A stretch of DNA of 64,000 nt from Lytechinus pictus (Eukaryota): the NCBI RefSeq assembly GCF_037042905.1, contig NC_087245.1:5458001-5522000 (forward strand), written 5' to 3'. The stretch's first letter is position 1. The number at the start of each line of letters is the position of its first letter. Below, piece after piece: positions 1 to 12,550 of this stretch. Made by a program: the position numbers and the translations under genes. A model generated the notes under the pieces. That model was not told where the DNA came from. It ran no database searches and saw only the letters and a program-made list of their open reading frames with translations.

Positions 1-467
1 TCTCATCTGTGAACAGAACTCTACGCCATTGCTGTCTGGTCCATCTGACATGCTCCCGGGCCCAGTTGAGACGAATTCTTCTGTGAGCAGGGGTGAGTGG
101 GACACACTGAGCTGGCCGTCTGGCATGCATATTGGCTCTGTGAAGTCGGTTACGGATTGTTTGAGTGGAAACAATCACTCCAGTTGCTGCAGCGAAGTCA
201 TTGTTGAGGCGGCGTGCACTGTGAAAGCGGTTGCGGAGGCTGAGATTCGTCAAGTAGCGATCATCTCTAGGGGTTGTCGAAACTGGTCGGCCACTGCGGG
301 GTCTCTCGGAGTATAGCCCTGTCTCTCGGTGTCTTTGATTTGCTCTGCTAATGACACTGTGTGACACGCCCATCATTCTGGCTACTCTTCGCTGACTGAG
401 GCCAGCTTCCAGCATCCCTAGGGCTCTGGCTACATCTGTTTCACTTAGGTGGTGTCTTGGCATTGCT
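1..467 (-). CDS. 5' part of a second, inverted copy of the same Tc1 transposase (ATG at 463-461), running off the left window edge
   Basis: 1-467 is the reverse complement of 791-1257; I found two substitutions (pos 58 and 367), giving NWAREH vs NWAWEH and GVSH vs GMSH. Confidence 0.93.
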
Positions 468-471
468 ATCC

Positions 472-805
472 AGCTGTCCAGGATGCCATCAAACACAATG
501 AAATCAATTTCACACATGCAGTTCTTTCATGTCTCTTGCATCATTGCAATGTGCCCGTACAAAAGTGGCTTCCAAAGCATTTTCTGTCTTTAGTCTCTAC
601 AATCAACAACTTGCTGACAATAGCAATGCCAAGATACAGCTGTCCAGAATGCCATCAAACACAATGACATCAATTTCACACATGCAGTTCTTTCATGATG
701 TCTCTGGCATCATTGCAGTGGGCCATAAGACAAGTGTCTTCCAAAGCATTTTCTGTCTTTAGTCTGTACAATCAACAACTTGCCTACAACAGCAATGCCA
801 AGACA
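472..805 (+). repeat. Diverged ~166-bp direct duplication of the Tc1 5' leader plus start codon
   Basis: Units begin CAGCTGTCCAG at 472 and 638; both end ...AGCAATGCCAAGA (ATG at 626 and 795). Confidence 0.9.
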
Positions 806-1823
806 CCACCTAAGTGAAACAGATGTAGCCAGAGCCCTAGGGATGCTGGAAGCTGGCCTCAGTCAGCGAAGAGTAGCCAGAATGATGGGCATGTCACACA
901 GTGTCATTAGCAGAGCAAATCAAAGACACCGAGAGACAGGGCTATACTCCGAGAGACCCCGCAGTGGCCGACCAGTTTCGACAACCCCTAGAGATGATCG
1001 CTACTTGACGAATCTCAGCCTCCGCAACCGCTTTCACAGTGCACGCCGCCTCAACAATGACTTCGCTGCAGCAACTGGAGTGATTGTTTCCACTCAAACA
1101 ATCCGTAACCGACTTCACAGAGCCAATATGCATGCCAGACGGCCAGCTCAGTGTGTCCCACTCACCCCTGCTCACAGAAGAATTCGTCTCAACTGGGCCT
1201 GGGAGCATGTCAGATGGACCAGACAGCAATGGCGTAGAGTTCTGTTCACAGATGAGAGCAGATTTTCCCTTGACCACAATGATGGACGTTCGAGAGTCTG
1301 GAGGCGACCAGGAGAGAGATTTGCAGACCCCTGTATTGCAGAACATGACCGTTATGGGGGAGGCAGCGTCATGGTGTGGGGAGGCATCACCTACGCCAAC
1401 CGTACTCGTCTCTACGTGGTCCCAGGGGGAGCAATGACAGGAGTGAGGTACAGGGATGAGGTCCTTGAACCTATAGTGGTGCCATTTGCAGAAAATGTGG
1501 GACAAAACATCATTTTCATGGATGACAATGCCCGTGCCCACCGAGCTAGGGTGGTGACCGAGTTCCTTGAGGGCCAGGGGATTGAGCGTATGGAGTGGCC
1601 AGCGAGGTCCCCGGACTTAAACCCGATAGAGCACGTCTGGGACATGATGGGGAGGAGTCTCGAGCAGCTCGAAGCCCATCCACTTGGACTGCAGCAGCTG
1701 GGTGTGGCTCTGGAGGCTGCATGGGATGCACTGGACGTCAGAGACATCAATCGCCTCATCAGCTCCATGAGACAGCGCTGTGAAGCCGTTATTGCTGCAG
1801 GAGGTGGTCACACTCGTTACTGA
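795..1823 (+). CDS. Tc1/mariner transposase, Tc1 DD34E class, intact ORF (342 aa from ATG 795)
   Basis: N-terminal paired-like HTH with GRP motif (RSGRP); catalytic motifs VLFTDESRF, FMDDNARAH and SPDLNPIEHVW, with 34 residues between the second D and E; C-terminal GGHTRY. Confidence 0.97.
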   Translation: MPRHHLSETDVARALGMLEAGLSQRRVARMMGMSHSVISRANQRHRETGLYSERPRSGRPVSTTPRDDRYLTNLSLRNRFHSARRLNNDFAAATGVIVSTQTIRNRLHRANMHARRPAQCVPLTPAHRRIRLNWAWEHVRWTRQQWRRVLFTDESRFSLDHNDGRSRVWRRPGERFADPCIAEHDRYGGGSVMVWGGITYANRTRLYVVPGGAMTGVRYRDEVLEPIVVPFAENVGQNIIFMDDNARAHRARVVTEFLEGQGIERMEWPARSPDLNPIEHVWDMMGRSLEQLEAHPLGLQQLGVALEAAWDALDVRDINRLISSMRQRCEAVIAAGGGHTRY

Positions 1824-2057
1824 ACTGCCTGAAAGACACTCAGACATTCGTTTTTACCACTTCATGTCGGTAGCTGATACCCCTCGGGGCCCACTTTTCA
1901 GGATGTGCAGTGATGCGAGAGACATTGTGCAACAACTGAAACCACCCATGCGTGAAATTGATTACAGCGTGTTTAAGGACATTTAGGACAGTTGTACTGA
2001 GGTATTTCCAGAAATAAAACACCTTGTATAAAATCTTTATGTACGTTTTAAAAAGTG

Positions 2058-2083
2058 GTCCTTAACTTTTTTTGAGTAGTGTA
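2058..2083 (+). mobile_element. Right terminal inverted repeat of the Tc1 element plus TA target dinucleotide
   Basis: GTCCTTAACTTTTTTTGAGTAGTG|TA; the reverse complement TA|CACTACTCAAAAAAAGTTAAGG is a Tc1-type end; AATAAA at ~2013 precedes it. Confidence 0.8.
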
Positions 2084-2992
2084 TAATGTCAAACCAGTCA
2101 AAATAACATGTAATCAGTAATCAGTGCCAATTTACCAAGAAATTATCGTAAGGTAACTTGTTCGAAGAACGGCTATGGGGGCTGCCATCTTACGCTCTAA
2201 AAAACACTGCGCATGCGCTACTATCTTGCGCAATTTGCTGCTGACGAAGGCTGAGGAAACCCATTATTTCGCCATGTTCTGCACTACATTATGAGCGAGC
2301 CAGCTGATTCTCGAGCTCGCTGCAAACTTTGTGACTCGGCCTCAAGGTTTGTGATCATTCCCAACCAATTAAAGAATGAGTCATCAGACTAAAATATAGC
2401 TCCAAAGGTAGTGTGAGTGAAGCTACTAGCGAAACTTAGTAAGAATTAGCAGATCCATGTCTATGATGGCAATAAGAACTGATGTCATGAATTTGCTGAA
2501 AATAAACTTATAGACAGAGGCTACATGTATGTGTGTTTACTACATGATTTTCATTGTGTATTACCGTCATAAAAGAATAATTATATAAAAATTGAGCTAA
2601 CAGTTTTTTCTATTGGGCAAGGAAATTCGGGCAAGTGATAAAAAAAAAGTGTGGAGGTCTGTTTTTATATATTACATCAAATTTTGAACATCCATGATCA
2701 TCTAAATTGTTTGGCTTGGATTAATGCAATTTACAAATTGATGTCTTGGGAAAATTTACTGATTTATGTTTACTGTGTTTTTTGTTTTCTTTATTACAGC
2801 AAGAAATTTATTCATACAATGAACACAGTTGCAGGCCTGAAAGTGTTAGATTATTTATTTTTGTTCATTTATATTTTCATTAAGCTGTATACTTGCAATG
2901 CTTGTGTCATTATAGCAGCACATTTCATGCTTCCTAGATATATTATTTTACTAAATGCATCTACTTCTTTTCATTATTTTTGTATTTTACAG

Positions 2993-3065
2993 AAGCCCAC
3001 ACAAACATTCAGCAAAGATCCCAATGTAGTCTCTTCACAACAAGAAGAAGATGATATCGCTAAAG
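2993..3065 (+). CDS. STAM: Internal exon of signal transducing adapter molecule (ESCRT-0), start of the UIM
   Basis: ttttacAG|...|GTAAGA; 73 nt, phase 0 to phase 1; translates KPTQTFSKDPNVVSSQQEEDDIAK(A), matching the STAM KDP..EEDDIAKAIELSL UIM region. Confidence 0.85.
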
Positions 3066-3234
3066 GTAAGAAAGGAAGGGCATTCACGCAAAACTAAAAT
3101 AATACATGCTGGTGGTGTGATGACATTCTAATGTCTGTCATTCGTCACATTGGATGAAGAGAAGTGGATGATCATTTCACTTAAATACAGGTCAAGTTTA
3201 AGATATAAAACTCAGTCAAAGGTCACAGCTCATA

Positions 3235-3420
3235 GGCCGGTATTCTCAAAGGAGGTTTAGTTAGCCCGGGTTAAAATTTAAACCATGGACTAATTAGCCC
3301 GGGCTAAATTTTAGTCCATGGTTTAAACCTCGGCGGTATTCACCAACGGTGGACTAACTAAACCATGGTCACTGAGCATGCTCAGTTACAGGATGATTTC
3401 TGAGCATGCTCAGTGCAAAC
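3235..3420 (+). mobile_element. Left end of a PIF/Harbinger-like element with palindromic subterminal motifs
   Basis: Starts GGCCGGTATTCTCAAAG, similar to the terminus of the MITE at 14609; followed by repeated palindromic TAAACCATGG / TTAGCCCGGG / CTGAGCATGCTCAG motifs. No matching right end found. Confidence 0.5.
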
Positions 3421-4531
3421 TTTTGTTGCATATTAATTAATTAATTAATAATCATGGAGGATACAGGAATTAATAATCGCGGGTGAGCAGACGATCGATA
3501 ATTTAAATTTCTGAAGTTCACTTTTAGAAACTGAAAAGTACCACTTTTCCTGCCTTAAAATCTATGAAGCATATAAAGTGATACAAAAAAACTCTACCCA
3601 ATATTAAAAAAAGCACAGGATAGACAGTACATAACACAGAAGCATTGAGAAATCTTAACCAAAAATCATGTTTCCCAAGTTCAAACAGATCCGCAGCGCT
3701 GAAGTGAATAGTCCCATACAAGCAAACTTGTGTCCTGACGATTACGTTGCCAAAACTTGGAAGTTAGTTGAACTTGACAAAATGGTAATCTAGATCTACA
3801 TCAAGGTTTAAAGATTTTCATTACCTTAATTGGTACAAACTCAATCGTATTTCAGAACACGTAGTTGTGGCATTAATCCTTAGCAATTCACATAGGAAGT
3901 GATGATTTCGTTTACCCAATTTCCGTCAAGAAGTGGGGTAGACTTTAGATCTAATTCGATCTCGTTTAAAATCGAGTTCAAAATGGGCGCTATAAATATG
4001 GGATGACCGATGACCTGGCGCAGACTGCTTTAATTTTGTTATTGAGAGAGTTCAAGAGTCATCAATCAGACTTTCTCCGCACACGAAAGTCAAGACTTTT
4101 CCTTTATTTTCTTTCACAAAGAATTTCCCATTTATTTGGTCTTCTACATTGTTAAAATGGACTGTGGGGGGAAACAAAATCTGAAAATGCCACATCTACG
4201 TTAGATATGAAATGCTTAAATTTTGGTATGATTGATCAATTTATTTGATGTTTGTTCATGATAAATTGTTGCCATTATTTTTATCGGCGTATAACCAACT
4301 GGATGGAAGGCATATATATAGCTGTACTGGATTTACTAAGTTGACTCGATTAAACAGATCTACACCCCTCCCTCAATATACGGTACTCCCTCTCATACCC
4401 TTCCAGAAACTTTGAAAAAACTATAGATGTGGATTTGATTTTATTGATTAAAAGTAGCATAGGCCGCGAGGCATGATAAGCCCACAATTTTGAGGGAAAC
4501 AAACATGGTTTCGAGCAAAATTTCTTAAAAT

Positions 4532-4957
4532 CAGTGGCAGCACCATGATTTTTTAAATGGGGGGGGGGTGCAAAATAATTTTTTTTTTTTTTGGGGGGGG
4601 GCAGAAAGCACCATAAGCATTTATTTTCTGGGGTCGGGGTTATATACATGCGTAAATATTTCGAAGAATCTCGAAAGTGAGGGAACAAAGCAACAAAGCT
4701 ATAGTCATGGGGCATTTGAGAAACTGTTCGAAGCTAGATCCAATCGTGCACACTTTTTGTGAATTTTTGAAAATTTTCAGTAAAAACAGGAAGTTGTCTA
4801 AATTTCGGCTAACGTGCCCCCCCCCCTTGCATACATTTTTTTTTTGCTTGTATTTACCATGCATTTTTTTTTTTTTACAGTTTTTAAATATTTTATTTGG
4901 GGGAGGGGGGCTACGGTCCGGACTGGGGAGGCAAATGCCCCCTTGGTGCCGCCACTG
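4532..4957. mobile_element. MITE with CAGTGGC-type terminal inverted repeats (hAT-like)
   Basis: CAGTGGCAGCACCA ... TGGTGCCGCCACTG; G/C-run interior; no clean TSD. Confidence 0.65.
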
Positions 4958-6496
4958 AATAAAAGTCGTGGGTGGGGGAAGCATGATAATAAATGATTAA
5001 TTTATAACTATCAGCCATACATTACTATTCCTTACTCAGTAACCAGCAACAGAACGTCCCATCTTCCGTAACTGACTTAACTTATTTAAAAATATTAGTA
5101 ACAATTCAAATTCATTGCTTCATATATTTTATAAATTATATTAAATCAGCTGTGATGGCAATTAAAGGAAAATATAACCTTTGTCTGAAAGCAGAAAAAT
5201 CAAACAATGAGATAAACTCAAGTTAGAATTAAAATGTTAATTGAGCTTCAAGTTATTTCAATAGCTGAGCATAAAAAAGTGAATGGGGAGGGATGGAGAT
5301 TCCTAAGCCTGACTCATGCACCATTCATCAACTGTCATCTTTTTCATCTGCTAACTACCTGAAGCAAATATGAATAAAGGATAGTTAATGAAAGAAATGA
5401 CATCCTCTCACAATCTTCATAACCAATTTATGTTGATCAAACAATAGTTCACCAGAGTAATAACACTTTAATTAAATAATGTTGAAGGAAACTCATATCA
5501 CCACATTTATGAAAAAAAAAACAATTGCTACAAAGCTTGTAATATTCAGAAATTTTAATATGAATTCAACATTTACAGACCAGAATTCAAACAGTAGTTG
5601 GTATGTAAATAAAATCATCAACCAATAGTATCTTGGAATCCCTTGATTTGATTGGCTGTAGGTTTTTACCATGGTACTTACCATTCAACAGTTCCATGGT
5701 TGTAGACCACAAGATGTTAACATATGCATAAACAAAACATCATTTAATGATATTTTAATTTATCTTGAATTTATCTACATAAACATAAAAATAAATTGCA
5801 GGAATTATATTCTTGAATTTACCCTATTGACTCTTTAAACAACTTATATTGGACTCTCAATTCAAATAGTGAGACTTATTCCACCTATTCTTCCAAGAAA
5901 AATTACCAAGCCTACTGAACCTGGATCTACTCTGCAACCAACAAACCCCTCAAGGTATTGTAATTTTATTCAAATGCTATAAAGTCCATCATATACCGGG
6001 TAAATGAATTGATTTTGAAAACATTTTCATGTGAATTTGCCTTGTTGCAAATATGACAAAATTCATGTGACAATTTAGATAGTGGAAAATACGTGTACAT
6101 TTATAAACACATAAAGATATTCATCAGCCCAATTCTAAGAAAAATTGTTATACCGTACAATGGATTACACATGAATACAATAAACAATATGAAATATATA
6201 TAATAAACAAATAATTAAATACATATATAAAATATAACTGTATAACCTGAAATTGAACAATGCACCACTGTACTTCAAAAGCAAGCATCTTCTTTCTTCA
6301 ACAATGAAATAGTATGGGAAACTAATTTTGTAAATTGGGTTGTGATTGAAATGCATGCTCAATAGCACAAAATACATTAGAGATCTTGGGTTACATATTA
6401 TTTGAATAGTCCAGGATATATTGGGATGAAAACTTGAAAGCCCAAAACATTGTAGGAAAAACACATTTACTGTTTTTATTCTCATTAAATTATAGG

Positions 6497-6754
6497 AATA
6501 CAGAAACCAGACCATCTGCCAAGAGAAGTTTGCACTATCTAGAACAGCTGGAACCAAATACAAAGACAAAAATTCTCAGTCCAGCACAAGAAGTAATGAT
6601 TGAATTGGCAAGAGAGGAGCACGCATGGCTCAAACGTGAGCATGAATTAAGAGTTGAAATCCTTCAGCTAGAAATAAGAACTGCACAATACAAGGGAGAG
6701 GAAGCTCGTAGATCACTTAACAAGGTCAACGCTAATATGAATTCAGATCCTTAA
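6497..6754 (+). pseudogene. Terminal exon-like segment encoding a coiled coil of the type found at the C-terminus of Harbinger-associated Myb/SANT-like proteins
   Basis: EVMIELAREEHAWLKREHELRVEILQLEI; AG acceptor at ~6495; a degraded upstream exon-like segment (~5802-5955) and a stop-interrupted N-terminal remnant (~3453-3710) lie inside the Harbinger-like end. Confidence 0.45.
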
Positions 6755-7520
6755 CCCTAACTAGGCCGGGCTTTTTTGGCTGTTCTGTGGCCGGGGGGGG
6801 GGGGTTGATTCAACCCCCCCCTGAGATCTTGGCCGCCGATCGCGCGAGCGCCGCAAAAATTTGCACGCTGGTAGTGTGCGATGTAATCTACAAGGCTGTA
6901 TGGTAAAATTTTCCAAAATAATGAGATTTTATTTTATATGAATTAATTATGCTAATTTATGCATAAATCATACTTTTTGCTCTAATTCACTAAATAAAGC
7001 TCCTAGTATGCTAATTTTTGGTAAAAATATTCTTTGTAGCATTCTTAACAATCACAATTGAAAAAAACTTCGGTTTGGAAATCAATTTCTTATGTATTTT
7101 ATTGTTTTATGAATTTCTTATGTATTTCTTTGTTTTTCAACCTTTTGTTTTTCTTTGTTTTTTTCACCAAATTTATTGCACAACCTTTTTGAAGAATAAT
7201 TATGCTAAAATCAATTGATTTCAGCTGTTCAAAGTAAAAATAATCATATCTTTATGAATAAGATGAGAAAACTCAATTTGCATTGACTTTGTACACAAAA
7301 TCACGTTTTTGAACAATTTTTGGTCTGACATGCACTTATGAAATGTTGCGTAATTTTTTAACCGCGTACCCAGGCGTCGTAAATTTGGTCTCAAAAGATG
7401 CGCGAGACTTAAAAGTATAAACTCTGCGAGTGGCGTGGTCAAAAAATTTCGCGCGGCGGAATGAACGCAGAAAATGTTGAGGGGGGGGGTTGATTCAACC
7501 CCCCCCCGGCCATTTTAGGG
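6755..7520. mobile_element. piggyBac-like MITE
   Basis: TTAA|CCCTAACTAGGCCGGG ... CCCGGCCATTTTAGGG|TTAA, with GGGGTTGATTCAACCCC palindromes near both ends; inserted at the stop codon of the preceding exon. Confidence 0.9.
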
Positions 7521-7729
7521 TTAAACTATCTTGTAATAATAATTTAACTATTTCATATATTACAAATTAATAATAATTTGGAATAGTATAAATATGTGTA
7601 TTTAACTATGCATGCCATAACATTCTTAGCTTATCTACTTGTCTACTACTACTGTTCATTAAATCTTTGTTAAAAAAATCCTTTGATTGAAGTTAACTAG
7701 AGTATAATTATTTTTTCCCTTCTCATCTA

Positions 7730-8200
7730 CTTTTTTGTTCACATGGTTACTCTTTGCAATTTGAACACAAAAGTATGAGCAGAAATAATATATATTTATT
7801 GAATGATAAATATTTGTATTGAATTTGTATATACCGCATTGGAAGAATGAAATATAATATATTCTATACAAAAATAAAATACACTACTTTGTTCATAATT
7901 ACTCATTGCAAATTGAACTCTACAGTTTATCATATGAGTAGAAATAATGTTTTTCAAATGATAAATGTTTGTGTATTGAATTTGCACATCGGAGAAATGG
8001 AATATGATATACACTTTTTGTTCACATAGTTACTCTTTGCAATTTGAACATGAGTATGACCAGAAATAATCTATATTTATCTATATTTGTATTGAATTTG
8101 TATATACAGTATTGGAAGAATGAAATATATGTATATATCAGATTGAAGGAATTAAGTTTATATTCTATATGACAAAATAAACAACTTTGTTCACATAGTT
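7730..8200 (+). repeat. Diverged ~145-bp tandem repeat (about 3 units, ~285-bp dimer period)
   Basis: TTTGTTCACAT..TTACTC motif recurs at ~7734, 7888, 8017 and 8186. Confidence 0.6.
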
Positions 8201-11200
8201 ATGCAAGCTGCGTTTCCATTCTTTAAATTTCATATATTGGTGATTACAAATAAATCTGCTAAATTCAATAATTTGACCAAAAATCTCTTTAATAGTAAAA
8301 AATGTACAAAAGATGCAAACAATACATCTTTTGCATGTTTTATTCTGGAAAAAAATTCAACTTGAGCAATTATCATGTTATGGAATATGCTTCATCAACA
8401 TGCTTGAAGAAATCAGGAGAAACACACAATAGATTGATCCACTACCTGTCGTAAACTAGTCAAAGGCCTCGTGAAGTATTGCCTGCATTACGCAATTTAA
8501 TATAGCAGCAGTGCTGACTTTGAAAACAATTACTAGTGCATATGTATGAATAATTTTCCAAAAAGAGAGAAATAAAAATTCATCTGATAAAAATACTACA
8601 TTGCTTAACTTAAAAAGACATAAGAAGCTTGATTTTTTTTATTACTTGATACAAATTTTGGATGTACAATGATCATCTCCAGTTTCATTTAATATGATAT
8701 AGTATTCTTTTTTTTAACAATAAAAAACAAATTCTCATCAAAGATAATTAATCTCAAATGACCTTTGACTTCATCCAATGACATGAAGTTATCCTAATAT
8801 AATTCCTGATACAATGATATCCATGATTTCAATAATACAAACCGATAATTTCCAAATTATCTTGAAAATTTCAAAATCTTATTAACCTTTTAATACCAAT
8901 TATTTGACCTCTACATACCCGTTGACCTTTGTTATCTCCAAAAATTACATTCATCCATATATCAAAACTTTAGTACCCTTATGTCCTAGTTTCATGTAAT
9001 ATATATCTATACATATCTATATACTTTCAAAATTATGTCATTTTAAAAAATAACCTTTTTAAAAATTCAATGTTGACGACGCTGCTGCGCGTATAGAAAA
9101 AGGCTATTGTATGCAATGGTGACAAGGCAAAATTATCAGTCACCGTTTGCTCGAGTCATTCAAGATGGTTTTGAAACTAAAGCAAAAAGGAAAGTTACAT
9201 TCAAGAGTTTACAACATTGAAAGAACACTGAAAAAACCAACAATTCTATGAATGCTACGGCTAACCAGGTGTGCTTGGTGTACATATGAGATATGTTTAC
9301 ATCAGGAGTGAATGGTGGGAAACAATAAATGCCAATTAGTGTATAAGCTGTTCGCGAGCAGGGTTTCATGCAGCTACTATCTTATCACATTCCATGTAAA
9401 TTTGAGTATTATTACTGGATATATGCTCATCATGACCATGATGCAGCTGACAAAGGAAAAACTAGATAAAGATCATATTCCACTGAACTATTACCTACTT
9501 GGTTGATTATAGATTATGAAATAGTATCGGATGAAGGATTTGATATTTACAGATTGAGATAAAACAAAATAAGATTTAAAGATAAATGCCAGCTGTGGTA
9601 ACAACCTCAAAATGAGTTTTTACAGAATCAGATAAAATGAACACCATGGTGTACGTTTGTATGAATAAACTAAAAATTTGACGTGTCCAAAGGACACAGA
9701 TGCCCCCACTTAACGCCAAGTTACTACGCAAAAACCAACTTGTATATATGAGCTGTGACCTTTGACCTGCGGACTCCGCAATCAAACTTAGCCTGCATTT
9801 TGGTGTCGTCTACCTACACCCCACAATTTATAAAAATCTGTTGAATATTTCATAAGTTATCATGGTGAAACCAACTTGCTCATTTAATAAGCTTTGACCT
9901 GCGGACTTCAAATTCGAATTTAGTCTGTATTTTGGTGTCATCTACCTGCACACCCACATTTTTAAAAATCTATTAAATATTTTTCAAGTTATTGCGCAGA
10001 AACCAAGTGAGGGGTCGGACGGACGGACAGGGGCAACGCTTAATGCTCCCTGCGGACTTCGTCTGCGGGGGCATAAAAATATGTGCCGAAGGATTCTGGA
10101 AGAAATTGTGTAATTGCAAAGAAATTAGCAAAATGAGAACGGGATTTGGGTCAAATGTTGGGCATTTTTCAAAACAATAATAATATACTTTCCCACATGT
10201 GCTTATCTGAGTTGCTGATCTTGAGTGTGATTTTTCATTTTTCAGCTTAGATTCAGGATGTCACAAACTTTAGTTTATGTAACTGTACCAGACCTAGATC
10301 CACAATGTTATAGTGACAATTAAGTTTGGTATGCAGACTTTCTCGTAAAGTCAGTGTTAACTGCAATCACTTTCATTTATTAAGCCCTAATATATAATAA
10401 AATGTAGCTGCGTGAAACCCTGCTAGCTGGAAATATAAATATAAAAAAATAATAAAAATAATATATTAATATATGAATTATCCTCTCATAAAAAATGCCT
10501 GATTTTCGTAAATTGATAAAAAAACTAAATCAAACATACACTTAATGGGACAGTTGTTTACATGTGACATCCCATGTCTTGGTCACATTGCCTATGAGGC
10601 TATGATATTGATCCATAGGCTTAAATATTGATCTGTGATTCAAAATGTTCTTTTTCAAACTTCATTGATTTAATTCTTTGTTTTATACAATTCAACTGCA
10701 GGTTAAATTGCTATTGAATTGTTACAGGCAGTGTTGAAAGGTGCAAAATACTGTGTGATTAAAAGAAAAAAACTTTGACACCTCATAAATCTCCAATTTG
10801 AGGAAAAAAATGTACCATGAACACAATATGTGTGACCTGATATAGTATTTTCTCCTAAATAATTTGATACCATATTTATGTAGTATAGCTTTAAACTCAG
10901 TATAGCTTTAAATTTGGATAAACAGAAGGTATTCTTTGCTTTAATGTAAATTTTGATTTGCGCCAACGTAAGTCATGACTGCATTTAATGAATCAAGATG
11001 TCAATGAAGTCATAATCCTACAAGGGTTGCAGTGACATCCATTACAAAAACCCTCTTTCAATAATTCACATTAGAATTGTTTAATAAACACTTTTTAGCA
11101 TAAAAAAAAAAAAGTTAATTTCATTGAAAATGGGTTTGCAATGCTTACTGCAAGTCGTGTAGGATGATTTTAAACTTTATTGGCGCGAAAGTAAGGGACC

Positions 11201-11583
11201 GTCTGGATTCATTCATTGCAATGGCCCCTTTCGCGCGAATAAAATTTTACATCACAGTAAAGAATACCTCCTGATTATCCAAGTGTAAACACACACTACA
11301 TAAATTATTTGGGAGTGTTGATGACATATTTTCCCCTTAAATTGGGGATTTCCCCTCAGACCTAACCAATATTTTTAATTATTTTTTTCTGCTATTTTTA
11401 CAATGTACTTTTTGTCAGGGTGAACTTTCCCTTTAACTTTAAGCTGAAGAGATAAGCAGATCCACCCTTTGATTAGAAAATGATTTGTTTTAGAGCAGAA
11501 AATGAGAACACAGGGATCGTTAAAGTTCGAAAGATATTGGAGAAGAAAAATTGAAATTATCAGGTGTGCCACTGACTGTACTA

Positions 11584-12550
11584 CAGTGCGTATAAAAAAA
11601 AGTTTACACTTTGAAAAAGCACTGGCAATTAAAAAATATATAACATGTGGGTAATTTTGTCACATATAATCTTGGGTTTGGGTCTCATCTATAATCCAAT
11701 GAAAGTAAAAGTTTTGACAGAATGTTACACTTGAGTGAGCACTGTCCATTTTTGTAAAGCTCGCAAAAATCTGTTTGCGCAGAAATGCTTGTTTTCACGC
11801 CGTGTCAAGGGGAAAGGGCGAAATCAAACTTACCCTGCGAAACATTTCTCATAAATTTCCCTTGCACTTTAGTCAATTGAAGTAAAACGGATACGTTCAA
11901 GCATTTTGTAACAATTTTGCCACCCAAATTGAAGTTTCAACACTTAGTAAGCACAACCTTTACCCTTTTTGTGCCAGCTGGATCTGAGGACATAACTGAA
12001 TCTGAACAAAAGTTTATATCAGACATCTCCAGCATTTTTTCACTAAGTTATCATTTAAAGTGGGTTTACATTTCAATTTTTCATTTAATACTTGTTTCTC
12101 CACACTTCTCAAGCTGGACAATGATTAACAAAATGAAAATCAAGCCTAAGCCATTTCATGTAAATCACAGCTCAGTGTAAAGCAAATATCGTCACGATGG
12201 CCTCAGTGTGTGGTGGGGCGAAATGCACTATTCGAAGTGTTTTGGGCAGTAAACAAGTCAAAAAAGGTAAAATATATCTTCAAATCAATTTTACTAGCTA
12301 AATTCCATGTGTTCTTCATGATTAAAGTCTACTTTTATTCGCATAACTATTTCAAAGTTCTGCGCAAATCATTTTTCACTAACTTTTCAAGTGGTGCTCA
12401 CTCAAGTGGAAATGTTTTTCGACAGTTATATCGTCATTTGCTTAAATGGATCTGTACCAATGTTAAAATGTGGAAAAATCTTCAGGATATTACAAATGTA
12501 TAATTTTACAGGATTTTTTCAAAGTGTAAACTTTTTTTTGATACGCACTG
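11584..12550. mobile_element. Tc1/mariner non-autonomous element (MITE)
   Basis: TA|CAGTGCGTATAAAAAAAAGTTTACACTTTGAAAAA ... TTTTTCAAAGTGTAAACTTTTTTTTGATACGCACTG|TA. Confidence 0.92.

Noticed and set aside
942..1847. Antisense and alternate-frame ORFs over the transposase (also 29-316)
   Set aside because: Shadow ORFs of a GC-richer coding sequence.
2651..3097. 148-aa hydrophobic ORF
   Set aside because: Intronic T-rich read-through; only 2993-3065 is a real exon.
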